The notes beneath the pieces are model-generated. The model saw only the letters and a program-made list of their open reading frames with translations. It ran no database searches and was not told where the DNA came from. Below, piece by piece: positions 20,166 through 29,924 of a DNA stretch of 64,000 nucleotides. The stretch is from a virus. The stretch covers positions 35,400 to 99,399 of the IMG/VR virus record IMGVR_UViG_3300020419_000009; one strand, given 5' to 3'. Numbering within the stretch: the stretch's first letter is position 1; the number at the start of each line of letters is the position of its first letter. The position numbers were made by a program, and so were the translations under genes.

Positions 20166-21238
20166 GTTGGCCAGCAAAAGCAAATCAAATAAAAAAACTT
20201 CAAATTGAGTTAACAAATTATTGTCAGGCAAGGTGTCCTGAATGTGCAAGAGAAAAATTGTATGCAGAAAATTATAAAAAACCTGACATACCTTATTTGT
20301 ATGAACTAAACAATAGTTACGTAACATTTAAACAATTCAAAAGTTGGCTAGGCAAAGACGAATGGACAGGTCTACGACTAATAGACTTTTGTGGAAATTA
20401 TGATGAACCTACAACGAATCCAGATATCCTTAAGATAATAGATTGGGTGCTTGGTAGCGATAATTTTTCTAAACAACTTGTTCTTAATATTGCAACTAAT
20501 GGAGGCACTAGGAGCACAAAATTTTGGACAGAAGTAGCAAATTTGTGTAAAAAGTACAGAACAAAAGGTACATATTCTAGGTTAAGAATAGTTTGGGGTA
20601 TTGATGGTTTAGAAGATACTAACCATTTATATAGAAGAAATGTTATATGGAAAAAGGTACAAGATAATTTCAGAGCGTTTTTATCTAATGGTGGTTATGG
20701 TTATTGGCAATTCATTTATTTTAAACATAATGAACATCAAGAAGAAGAAGTTAAACAAAGAAGTATAAAGGAAGGGTTTGCAGGTATGAAGTGGAGGGGT
20801 GGTCATTCAAGAGACTATAATAAAACCAAGGTTAAACCTGCTGAGACAGGAAAATTTGAAACTAATTTTGGATATAATCATACTCCAAAAAAACAGATTG
20901 TATGTAAAGCATTATCAAGACCAGAGTATCATGGACATGATACAGGATTATATGTAACGTATCATGGTTGGGTGATTCCTTGTTGTTGGTGGGGATCGCA
21001 ATTAGAACTTGGAAAAATATATGATACATATAGAACTGATGTTGCAAGTCATAAACTAAATGGAACAAACAGTTTTCAACAAATACTAGATACTGATTGG
21101 TTCTCTAACTTATATGAATACATACAGACACAAGAATCTTCTACCTGTGTTTTACATTGTAAACAGAATGTTTTAAGTACTATAAGCACAGATGATCACA
21201 AAATTAACCACCCAGAAAATAGGATAAGTACAGTATGA
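20162..21238 (+). CDS. Radical SAM enzyme with C-terminal twitch domain
   Basis: CQARCPEC; CGNYDEP; IDG..TNHLYR; FKHNEHQ; PCCW...CVLHC. Confidence 0.85.
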   Translation: MSWPAKANQIKKLQIELTNYCQARCPECAREKLYAENYKKPDIPYLYELNNSYVTFKQFKSWLGKDEWTGLRLIDFCGNYDEPTTNPDILKIIDWVLGSDNFSKQLVLNIATNGGTRSTKFWTEVANLCKKYRTKGTYSRLRIVWGIDGLEDTNHLYRRNVIWKKVQDNFRAFLSNGGYGYWQFIYFKHNEHQEEEVKQRSIKEGFAGMKWRGGHSRDYNKTKVKPAETGKFETNFGYNHTPKKQIVCKALSRPEYHGHDTGLYVTYHGWVIPCCWWGSQLELGKIYDTYRTDVASHKLNGTNSFQQILDTDWFSNLYEYIQTQESSTCVLHCKQNVLSTISTDDHKINHPENRISTV

Positions 21239-22644
21239 GCGAGATAAAACCACCATCAGAAACGTTTTGCTTACTACCTTGGGTACATCTAAGCACAAGA
21301 CCGGATGGCAGTATGCGTGTATGCTGTACTGCTAATGCAAGTTCTGTTGGAGCAACTAATGATAAAGAACATGGCGGCCAAGTAGGAATCCTTAAAACAG
21401 AAGACGGAAAACCAAACAACCTAAATGTAAGTGATTTTGAAACAGCATGGAACAGCACTTATATGAAAAATGTAAGAAAACAAATGCTGGCAGGTGAAAA
21501 ACCTCCTAGCTGTTTAAAGTGTTACAAAGAAGAAGCGGCTGGACATAAAAGTAAACGTATGTGGGAAACTAATTATTGGGGCCAGCGTGTAGATTTGGAA
21601 GAAATTCTAAAAAATACAAAAGAAGATGGATCAGTTCCTCCACAATTAGCGTATATTGATTTGAGATTCGGAACAAAATGCCAATTAGCCTGTGTAATGT
21701 GTTCGCCACATGATAGTTCCGGTTGGATAAAAGATTGGAAAGCTATTTTTCCTGCTGTTGAAAACGCTAGTCTAAAAGAAACAATGCAGTGGAAGGATAA
21801 AGGTAGCTATAACGGAAGTAGCTACAATTGGCATAAACAAAATCCTACTTTCTGGAAACAATTCTATGAACAAATGCCAAGTATGCAACAGATTTATTTT
21901 GCAGGAGGCGAAAGTCTTATCATTGAAGAACACTATGAAATACTTGAACATGCAATAAAAATGGGTTACGCAAAAGATTTAGAATTGCGTTATAATTCAA
22001 ATGGTGTTGAGTGGCGTGATGATCTGTTTGAGTTGTGGAAACATTTTAAATTAGTACGGTTCCATTATAGCGTTGATAGTGTGTTTGAAATGAATGAATA
22101 CATACGTTACCCTAGCACATGGGAACGTACGAAAGAAGTATTCCATATCTTAGATAAAGAAACTAGTAATAATGTAGAAATTACTGTAGCTTGTGCAGTA
22201 CAGGCTTTAAACATTCATTACATTCCTGACTTTATAAAATGGAAGATGGAAGAAAAGTTCAATAAGATTAATATGTGGCCGTTTGGTGCAGGACTAATAA
22301 ACTATCATTTTGTATATCATCCACCACATTTGAATGTAAAGGTTTTACCTAAATGGTTTAAACAAAAAACACGAGAAAAATATCAAGAATTTTATAAATG
22401 GTTAGAAGAAAATTGGGAACTAGCAATACCTAGTTGGCATAAAGGCAAAGTTACTTACGAAGATTGGCGTAATGATGCATACGGAATTAAACGATTAGAA
22501 GGTATGTTGCAATTTATGGAGTCAGAAGATTGGAGTGTAAGACTTCCTGAAATGAAAGAGTTTTTACAGCTTTGTGATACACAAAGAAAATTAACCTTTG
22601 AACAAACTTTTCCTGATATGAAAGATATTTTTAATGAACTTTGA
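21235..22644 (+). CDS. Radical SAM enzyme with N-terminal twitch/SPASM-like domain
   Basis: CQLACVMC; AGGES; N-terminal FCLLPW...VCC...SCLKCY. Confidence 0.85.
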   Translation: MSEIKPPSETFCLLPWVHLSTRPDGSMRVCCTANASSVGATNDKEHGGQVGILKTEDGKPNNLNVSDFETAWNSTYMKNVRKQMLAGEKPPSCLKCYKEEAAGHKSKRMWETNYWGQRVDLEEILKNTKEDGSVPPQLAYIDLRFGTKCQLACVMCSPHDSSGWIKDWKAIFPAVENASLKETMQWKDKGSYNGSSYNWHKQNPTFWKQFYEQMPSMQQIYFAGGESLIIEEHYEILEHAIKMGYAKDLELRYNSNGVEWRDDLFELWKHFKLVRFHYSVDSVFEMNEYIRYPSTWERTKEVFHILDKETSNNVEITVACAVQALNIHYIPDFIKWKMEEKFNKINMWPFGAGLINYHFVYHPPHLNVKVLPKWFKQKTREKYQEFYKWLEENWELAIPSWHKGKVTYEDWRNDAYGIKRLEGMLQFMESEDWSVRLPEMKEFLQLCDTQRKLTFEQTFPDMKDIFNEL

Positions 22645-23824
22645 CACTATTGATTTATTAACAGGAAATAAACTTCAGGTAACTTGGGACCTAGGACGTA
22701 GATGCAACTATGACTGTTCCTACTGTCCTGCACACCGCCATGATAACTTTAGTCCTCATGCTACACTAGACGAATTAAAAGCAAACACAAAATTTTTGTT
22801 TGAGTATGTAGACATTTACTTAACGCATAGAAAATTAAAAAAAGTTGGTATATCGTTCACAGGCGGAGAACCTACTGTAAATCCTAAGTTTATACAATTT
22901 TCAGAATTTTTACGTGAAGAATATAAACGTTACGAGGGTAAATGGGAAGCTGAACTGTCCTTGACAACCAACGGAGCAATGGGTCCTAAACAAGCAGAAG
23001 CTGTAAAAAATAACTTTGATTTTATGACTTTAAGTTACCATGCAGAAGCAGATGAGAAAATAAAACAACAAATTCGTGACAGGATTTTACAGTTTAAAGA
23101 CTACAGAGATAGTTGGTGGGCCGAAAATCACGATAAAGACATGCGGCATAAGTTTTGGTTTAAAATTAACACAATGTTTCATGCAGAATATTTTGAAGAA
23201 TGCAAAGAATTATGTAACTGGCTTGATGAAATAGGAGTTGAGTATACACCAAGGGTAATAGGTGAATGGGAGGATACAGGATCACTTGCTCACAAATACA
23301 CAGAAACACAACTGCAATGGTTTAAAGATTACTGGCGGAATAAAAAAGAAAAACTTAATAAAGATTCAAACCACAGTTTAAAAGCAGTTGGTGAAAAGAC
23401 TACAGAAAAGAAAAAATTAGGAATGGAAATTGGAAGACCTTGTTGTGGGAACAGAGAAATGTGTTTAAGCAGTAAAGGTAATGATGGAGTAAAAAGCACT
23501 TTTGTAGATAAAACTACATTTAAGGGTTGGCATTGTAGTGTAAATTGGTTTTTCTTACACTTGGAACAACAAACTGACCAAGTGTTTCATCATCAAACGT
23601 GCCAAGCGAGATTTGATGGAACAAGAGGTCCAATAGGAAAAATTAGTGAAGGCGATAAAATAATAAAAAATTTAAAAAAGATGTTTGCTGAAAATAGTGT
23701 TCCAACAATTATATGCCCTAAACAAACATGTAGTTGTGGATTATGTGCACCTAAAAGTTCCTCAAAAGCAAGTTACTTCCAAACAATTAAAAGTCATGTT
23801 GACGTAGGAGTTTTAAAAACATGA
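22634..23824 (+). CDS. Radical SAM enzyme
   Basis: WDLGRRCNYDCSYC; TGGEP; Cys-rich C-terminus (PCCG, CPKQTCSCGLC). Confidence 0.85.
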   Translation: MNFDTIDLLTGNKLQVTWDLGRRCNYDCSYCPAHRHDNFSPHATLDELKANTKFLFEYVDIYLTHRKLKKVGISFTGGEPTVNPKFIQFSEFLREEYKRYEGKWEAELSLTTNGAMGPKQAEAVKNNFDFMTLSYHAEADEKIKQQIRDRILQFKDYRDSWWAENHDKDMRHKFWFKINTMFHAEYFEECKELCNWLDEIGVEYTPRVIGEWEDTGSLAHKYTETQLQWFKDYWRNKKEKLNKDSNHSLKAVGEKTTEKKKLGMEIGRPCCGNREMCLSSKGNDGVKSTFVDKTTFKGWHCSVNWFFLHLEQQTDQVFHHQTCQARFDGTRGPIGKISEGDKIIKNLKKMFAENSVPTIICPKQTCSCGLCAPKSSSKASYFQTIKSHVDVGVLKT

Positions 23825-24930
23825 CCAAGCATGACTGTTTAGAATCAATTAACAGCTTGTATGTTGAAAAAACTGCAAAAGGATACAACATGAAACCTTG
23901 TTGTTTATGGAAACGCACAGGCAGTCATGGTTTAGGATTCACAGATAAGATAGAAGATTTAATTGATCACCCTGTTTTAAATGAAGTTAGGACAAGATTT
24001 ATTCCTACAGAAACCAGTAATTGGAAACGGGACGAATGTGATACATGTGTTATGAAAGAAAATACTGGCGGAATTAGTAAACGTTTGAGAAGTTTGGAGA
24101 GAGGTTATAACGGCACTATTCAAAGATGGGATATACGTCCAGGACATACTTGTAATTTAAAATGTATAATGTGCAATCCTAATAATAGCTCTAAGTGGTA
24201 CGAAGATTTAGACATTTATGAAAGTTATAACGGAACAACACTTAATTTAGAACAACAAAGAATACGAGAACAATTAGATTGGGATTATATAGTAGATAAG
24301 TGTAAAAACAATGCGAAAGAAATATACATAGCAGGAGGAGAACCGTTTTATATGAAGTCTATTAATGATTTCTTAGATAGATTATCTCAATTCGAATGGA
24401 ATAGAAAAAACACAAGACTAACAATACAAACTAATGCAATGAGTAATTCGGAAAAATTATTAAACATATTAAAGAAGTTTCAAAGGTTAAACTTTAATAT
24501 TAGTATAGATGGTTGGGGAAGTGTAAATGAACTAATTAGATTTCCAACAGTACACGAAGAAATGTTAAAAAATGTAAGTCAATTACAAAAATTACAACCG
24601 TGGATGATTTGGAACATGACTGTACAAGCATTGAATTTGCCTAACATTGATAAAACAATAGAAAAAATAGGTGAAACTTGGAAGCCTATTAATCCGCATT
24701 ATTATGATCTTAATAAGCTATGGAGTCCTAGACATTTAAGTATTAATAGTCTTAAACCTAGTGTAGTAGCTAGAGTAAATGCTATGACTAAATTAAAAAA
24801 AATAAAAGAATTTTGTAAAGATTACAAATATGATGCTAAACAAAATGTAACTATGCAAAAGTTTTTATTAGAACTTGATGAAAAAAGAGGAACCAATAGT
24901 CCTAAGACTATACCTTGGTGCTTTGTATAA
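23821..24930 (+). CDS. Radical SAM enzyme with N-terminal twitch-like domain
   Basis: CNLKCIMC; AGGEP; N-terminal C...PCC...ECDTC. Confidence 0.85.
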   Translation: MTKHDCLESINSLYVEKTAKGYNMKPCCLWKRTGSHGLGFTDKIEDLIDHPVLNEVRTRFIPTETSNWKRDECDTCVMKENTGGISKRLRSLERGYNGTIQRWDIRPGHTCNLKCIMCNPNNSSKWYEDLDIYESYNGTTLNLEQQRIREQLDWDYIVDKCKNNAKEIYIAGGEPFYMKSINDFLDRLSQFEWNRKNTRLTIQTNAMSNSEKLLNILKKFQRLNFNISIDGWGSVNELIRFPTVHEEMLKNVSQLQKLQPWMIWNMTVQALNLPNIDKTIEKIGETWKPINPHYYDLNKLWSPRHLSINSLKPSVVARVNAMTKLKKIKEFCKDYKYDAKQNVTMQKFLLELDEKRGTNSPKTIPWCFV

Positions 24931-25871
24931 TGTGGACAACTGATACACTAGAATGGATTGATATTGAACTTACAAGTTTTTGTAACATTCGTTGCAAAGG
25001 CTGTTTTCGTGTAATATCTAACCACGCTGATAAAATATTAAACAAGACTTATCTTGATCTTGATACTATTAAAGAAAAATTTCGAAAAGAAATGTTTCCC
25101 AATATTAAGATAATTAATTTTTGCGGTAGTGTTGATGAGCCATGTAGCCATCCACAGTTCCATCAAATAGTAGAACATTTTTCAGACTGGAATGTACACA
25201 TCAATATTGCTACTAATGGTAGTTTGCGTACAACAAAATGGTGGGAGAAGTTAGCAAGTATACTTCCTTCAAGTCATAAAGTTGTATGGGGTATTGACGG
25301 CAGTGATGAATTATCAGAAGTATATAGAGAAGGATCAAGTTTTAAAAAAGTACAGCAAAATTTTAGAGCATTTATTGCCGCAGGTGGCAGAGCTAACTGG
25401 CAGTTTATTGTTTTTGAACATAATGAACATCAGCTTGAAATTGCAAAGCAAATGGCCAAAGACGAAGGCTTTAAAGAATTTAAAACTATAATAAGTCATA
25501 GAAAAGATACAGGCGGAGTAAAGCATAAAAAAGTTGAGGTAGAAGAATCGAATTGTATTAGCTGTAAGTATGCAAATCAAAAAAGAATTTTTGTAAACCA
25601 TATGGGAAATATAATACCATGCTGTCATCTAAATAGTAAGATGCTTGAATATCCTGTTAGCGGTAATAAGAAAGATAGATTTGAAGAGATACTAGACGAA
25701 GAAAAATATATGGACGACATCAACATAAAAAATGTAAGTGTCGAACAAGCAATAAACGGAAAAGTTTGGAATGCTATTAAAAATAGCTGGGAGTCAAACA
25801 ATAGAATACCAAGATGCGAACAGGTTTGTAAACAGAATAAAAGAGATGTTTTTATAAAGGAACAGTTATGA
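24930..25871 (+). CDS. Radical SAM enzyme with C-terminal twitch domain
   Basis: CNIRCKGC; CGSVDEP; FEHNEHQ; PCCH...CEQVC. ATG 24930 overlaps the upstream stop (TAATG). Confidence 0.85.
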   Translation: MWTTDTLEWIDIELTSFCNIRCKGCFRVISNHADKILNKTYLDLDTIKEKFRKEMFPNIKIINFCGSVDEPCSHPQFHQIVEHFSDWNVHINIATNGSLRTTKWWEKLASILPSSHKVVWGIDGSDELSEVYREGSSFKKVQQNFRAFIAAGGRANWQFIVFEHNEHQLEIAKQMAKDEGFKEFKTIISHRKDTGGVKHKKVEVEESNCISCKYANQKRIFVNHMGNIIPCCHLNSKMLEYPVSGNKKDRFEEILDEEKYMDDINIKNVSVEQAINGKVWNAIKNSWESNNRIPRCEQVCKQNKRDVFIKEQL

Positions 25872-26557
25872 TATTCAAAAACAGCCAACAAGATGTAAAC
25901 ATACATGAAGAAGACAATGTTAAAGTAGTTTCCTTAAAGATATCAGGAGGAGCAGATAGCGCCATAGTAGGATTTATGTTATCAAATTATGTAGCAGTTG
26001 AAAGACCGGATATAAAGATTATTCCTATAACAACTAATCATCCAAGAAAACCATACCAAGGTTTATTTGCTAAAAGGATTATTGAATTTTATAAAGAAAC
26101 ATTTGGTGATATTTTCGGAAAACATTATATTAATAATCTAGATCAAATAGCAACTAATGAAGATTATAATTCTGCCCAAACTGATATTTTTAATATAGCT
26201 AATAAAAATGAAAAAATAATATCCAGTTATTCCGGTATAACTTCTAATCCCCCAAAAGATGAAATGGACAAATTTGTAAACAAATATAAGAAAAACGAAA
26301 CAGGTCCTTATGACGATAGGAACGGAAAAAAGTTTTCTGTGATTGCCAATGGTCCTGGAGGCAGTAACGGCTCTAAGAGGCATCTAGTAAACATAGATAA
26401 AAAAGGTGTAGCAGAATTATATAATAATTTAGGATTGATGGATACACTTTTTCCTTTGACAAGAAGTTGTGAAGAAATAACAAATGATTTTAGCAGTCAT
26501 TGTGAACATTGCTGGTTCTGTAGAGAAAGGTATTGGGGATTTGGAAGATACATTTAA
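25868..26557 (+). CDS. QueC-like PP-loop ATP pyrophosphatase
   Basis: SGGADS PP-loop; C-terminal TRSC...HCEHCWFCRER zinc motif as in QueC. Confidence 0.7.
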   Translation: MIFKNSQQDVNIHEEDNVKVVSLKISGGADSAIVGFMLSNYVAVERPDIKIIPITTNHPRKPYQGLFAKRIIEFYKETFGDIFGKHYINNLDQIATNEDYNSAQTDIFNIANKNEKIISSYSGITSNPPKDEMDKFVNKYKKNETGPYDDRNGKKFSVIANGPGGSNGSKRHLVNIDKKGVAELYNNLGLMDTLFPLTRSCEEITNDFSSHCEHCWFCRERYWGFGRYI

Positions 26558-26560
26558 AGA

Positions 26561-26589
26561 TTGCAATCTTTTCAAAAAGGTGTTATAAT
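26561..26589 (+). promoter_or_regulatory. Sigma70-type promoter, likely giving a leaderless mRNA
   Basis: TTGCAA-17 nt-TATAAT with TGn extension; ATG follows 5 nt after the -10 and there is no SD. Confidence 0.65.
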
Positions 26590-26594
26590 ATATT

Positions 26595-27713
26595 ATGTCT
26601 GAAGATTTAAAATGGAGTAGTTATGATTTTTCTAAAATACCGTTTGACGAAATTGTTAAAGTCGGACAGAGGACGCTTATATACAGAGATTTGTTTACTG
26701 TTAGTTGGCTTCTTGGTCGCTTTTGCAACTATAGGTGCAGTTATTGTTGGCCATACGCCAGATCAGATAAAAAAGATCACAGGCCCACACAGCTCTGTTG
26801 TGATACGATCGATGAGATAAAGAGACAGGCCCGTGACAACAATTTTAATAGTTTCCATTTTTCTTTTTCTGGTGGTGAGCCTACTTTTCACCCTGGTTAC
26901 AACGATCTTCTACGGCATCTTGCTAATGATATTAATAATACCAATTATACTTCTATTCATATGACAAGTAATTGTAGTCGTAAATTAAAATGGTTTCAAG
27001 AGTACACTGAAATAGCAAAAGCATTTCATCGTGCTAGTATTACAGCAAGTTTACACACAGAACACGTTAACACTCCACAAAAAATGCAAGACTTTGCAGA
27101 CAAGCTGATACATTGTCAAGAACAAGACGTCCAAGTCACAATAAACATGGTTATGGTACCAGAAATATTTGAAAAGAGTTGGGAAAACGCATTGTTCTTT
27201 CATGAACAAGGAATTAACGTTACATTAAAACCACAAAGTGATCCTACAGCAAGTTTTGTTGTTAGTGGATACACGGAAGAACAAATGAAGTTGTTACATA
27301 ATGGTATGCCACAGAGAGGGTACACAGAAGTTAAACGTAAGTGGTCTGGTAGACCTAAAGCCCAATGGAAAAGTTGGAAACAGTTTAATACAAAAGAATC
27401 AGTACCTGCACACTTCCAGGTCGAGTTTGAAGATAAAGACGGTAAGAAATGGTACATGGATCAAGCTGAAAGATTTAATGCTTTTAATTTTAACAAGTTT
27501 AAAGGTTGGTCATGTAATGCAGGATATAGTGGAATAATAATTAGAGAACCAGACGGCAGTATCAAAAGATCATACAGTTGTAGAGATGTCCCATTAGGAA
27601 ATATCGAAACAGGCTTTAAATTATTTGATAAGCCTATGCCGTGTATAACAGATAGTTGTGTTAGTAGTGCTGATAGTAAAATACCTAAACAAAAGATTGC
27701 TGAAACTATTTAA
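26595..27713 (+). CDS. Radical SAM enzyme
   Basis: WLLGRFCNYRCSYC; SGGEP; C-terminal WSCNAG...SC...PCITDSCVSSAD; paralogue of 22634..23824. Confidence 0.85.
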   Translation: MSEDLKWSSYDFSKIPFDEIVKVGQRTLIYRDLFTVSWLLGRFCNYRCSYCWPYARSDKKDHRPTQLCCDTIDEIKRQARDNNFNSFHFSFSGGEPTFHPGYNDLLRHLANDINNTNYTSIHMTSNCSRKLKWFQEYTEIAKAFHRASITASLHTEHVNTPQKMQDFADKLIHCQEQDVQVTINMVMVPEIFEKSWENALFFHEQGINVTLKPQSDPTASFVVSGYTEEQMKLLHNGMPQRGYTEVKRKWSGRPKAQWKSWKQFNTKESVPAHFQVEFEDKDGKKWYMDQAERFNAFNFNKFKGWSCNAGYSGIIIREPDGSIKRSYSCRDVPLGNIETGFKLFDKPMPCITDSCVSSADSKIPKQKIAETI

Positions 27714-28410
27714 TTATTTCCACTGGTATACTTTTATCGTAAGAAGGTGCTTTGTCAAAATATGATTTACCAAATCTTGCGTTTTCAGAATTATTTTCTT
27801 TTACAATCATACGCGGGTGAAAGCCAACTCCTTTATCAATAACTTGTCTATGATATGGTCCGGGTAGTCCTACACCCAAAGTTAATTGTGGTTTTGCAAT
27901 ATCTTTTCCGGTAAATTCTTTTAATAATTTTTCAGCTTGTTTATCATCAAAACACCTACAGAATCCTGATTTATAGCCTAAGTAATTAGCACCAAGTGCC
28001 GCCGCTCCTGCACTTATACCTATTTCTAGCATTGTTTGTTGAAAAATGTTTTTTATATCTTTTTCTCTCATGCCTTTAGTCTTACCCATTTTCTTCCTTA
28101 CGTCACTTGTAGAATTGAATGACCACATCATAAGCATGGGAGCATTGGTTTGTGAATTTCTATGTTCAACAAAAAAATCCTTCTTTGGATCTATAGCAAT
28201 TTTAAAGAAGCTGTTGTTAAATTTTTGGTTAATACTTACTATTAGTTTATATGACTCTATGTTTTGTTTTGTTGGCATATTGGTACAGACCTGTATTATA
28301 GTATCAATGTCCTGTTGTGGTATTGGTGTGTAATCCCAATTACGCTGGCATCGTTCTGCACCTAAACTTGCTTTCAAAATTTGTTTGTGACGTTTCATAT
28401 CTGATTGCAT
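27706..28410 (-). CDS. Nitroreductase-family flavoprotein
   Basis: RCQRNWD...PTKQN...IGISAGAAALGANYLGYKSGFC; the only - strand gene in this + strand block. Confidence 0.7.
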   Translation of the reverse strand: MQSDMKRHKQILKASLGAERCQRNWDYTPIPQQDIDTIIQVCTNMPTKQNIESYKLIVSINQKFNNSFFKIAIDPKKDFFVEHRNSQTNAPMLMMWSFNSTSDVRKKMGKTKGMREKDIKNIFQQTMLEIGISAGAAALGANYLGYKSGFCRCFDDKQAEKLLKEFTGKDIAKPQLTLGVGLPGPYHRQVIDKGVGFHPRMIVKENNSENARFGKSYFDKAPSYDKSIPVEIIK

Positions 28411-28417
28411 AGTATAA

Positions 28418-28432
28418 TATTTAGTTTAAATA
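28418..28432. promoter_or_regulatory. Back-to-back divergent TAAATA late-type promoter motifs
   Basis: TAAATA on - strand (28418-28423) 7 nt before ATG 28410; TAAATA on + strand (28427-28432) before GGAG and ATG 28455. Confidence 0.5.
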
Positions 28433-28454
28433 CTTTACTGTGGAGAATAATAAA

Positions 28455-29213
28455 ATGGATCTTAAAAAATTTGATAAAAACGGAAAACCTTTAAATTTGA
28501 TTTCTGCTAGTAATCGTAAAAGCCAAGGCAACTTTTATGAATGGTGGAAACAAAATCCTGAAAAATACGAACCAACACAACAAGATATATGGTGTGAAAT
28601 GCAGTTGTCCGCTATTGGAAATTTTGAACAGTTAAAATTTAGAATAGATGAGCATGATTTTAATAAAGAAATTAAGCAATATAAAGACACTTGGGTGCCT
28701 TATTTAAGAAGAGAAGGCGTAGCGAATGATAGAGAAGGTTTATTATTAGTTGGGCTAGAAGGTGATGAACCTACCGACAGTCTTAGCAGGCCGGAGGCAA
28801 TACAAAGGGCAGGACACTGGTTAGAAGAAACTGACTTTACACATAAGACACAGCTATACAAAGATCTACCATGTTTACACGAGCTCCTAGATTATTGGGA
28901 TGGATTAGGTAGGACAATGTTAATTAAATCTAATAAAGGAGGATTTTTTCCACCTCACAGAGATAATCCTAATCTTACAAGAGATTGTTTTAGAGTAATT
29001 GCATTTATAGGAAAATTTACAAATTCAAATGCATATGAATGGTACATTGGTGATAACAGAATGCAGATAGTTGCAAATAGTTCTTACTATGTAGACACAC
29101 GTAAATCTCATAGGACTCACAGTTGGGAAGATGACAGTATTCATTTAATATTAAACGTTCCGAAAACGTATAGTAATGTGATGAAACTGATCAGTGTTTT
29201 GAGACACTATTAA
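28455..29213 (+). CDS. Aspartyl/asparaginyl beta-hydroxylase-like 2OG-Fe(II) oxygenase
   Basis: FPPHRD...KSHRTH (HxD...H); ATG 28455 after GGAG. Confidence 0.65.
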   Translation: MDLKKFDKNGKPLNLISASNRKSQGNFYEWWKQNPEKYEPTQQDIWCEMQLSAIGNFEQLKFRIDEHDFNKEIKQYKDTWVPYLRREGVANDREGLLLVGLEGDEPTDSLSRPEAIQRAGHWLEETDFTHKTQLYKDLPCLHELLDYWDGLGRTMLIKSNKGGFFPPHRDNPNLTRDCFRVIAFIGKFTNSNAYEWYIGDNRMQIVANSSYYVDTRKSHRTHSWEDDSIHLILNVPKTYSNVMKLISVLRHY

Positions 29214-29923
29214 TGCGAACAGATGCACAGATATCAAAAATTAAAGAAACACAGTCTGCAAGTTTACAATTAAATAATTTTGTAGATACAAGTGTTATAC
29301 ATGCTATAATAGATTATTATAATGATAGTAATAAATTAGAAAAGCCTACGGGTCCTATTACTTGTAAAATACCAACTTCGCAAGGTGTTTTAGAAGCAAA
29401 TTTTCTTAATAATTTGCTGGCAGACCTGCATAAGCAATTTGGTCATTTCAAAGTATGGAGTGCTCAGATATTTAAAACAAAATATCCACATGTACTACAT
29501 AATGATGATCACGAAGGGCAACCTAATTGTTTTAAAACATTTCTAATTCCTTTAGTTGCTTCTCCTACAGATATAGATCAAGAAAAGGTTAAAACAGTTA
29601 CATATAATCAACATTTTTATCACGGAGCAAAGAAGTTTTTTAACGGTGAAAATGATACAAAGAATGTATATAAAAATCAACCATTGTACGAATACAGTAT
29701 GGTTGAAGATTTAACAGATATTGAAATAGAAGAGTCAATACGAAAAAAAGAATTAACCCATTTACAAGCTAATTGGCTTAAAGGTTTAAGCATAGAAAAC
29801 ATGTTTACTTGGAAAAAGAATAGCTGTATTGTATTTGACACTTTAAGATTACATAGTGCTAGTGATTTTACACAAGTAGGAATAGAATATAAAATGGGAT
29901 TAAGTATATTTACGGAGATATAA
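29213..29923 (+). CDS. 2OG-Fe(II) oxygenase-like protein
   Basis: LHNDD...FDTLRLHSAS...KMGLSIF. Confidence 0.55.
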   Translation: MRTDAQISKIKETQSASLQLNNFVDTSVIHAIIDYYNDSNKLEKPTGPITCKIPTSQGVLEANFLNNLLADLHKQFGHFKVWSAQIFKTKYPHVLHNDDHEGQPNCFKTFLIPLVASPTDIDQEKVKTVTYNQHFYHGAKKFFNGENDTKNVYKNQPLYEYSMVEDLTDIEIEESIRKKELTHLQANWLKGLSIENMFTWKKNSCIVFDTLRLHSASDFTQVGIEYKMGLSIFTEI

Positions 29924-29924
29924 A

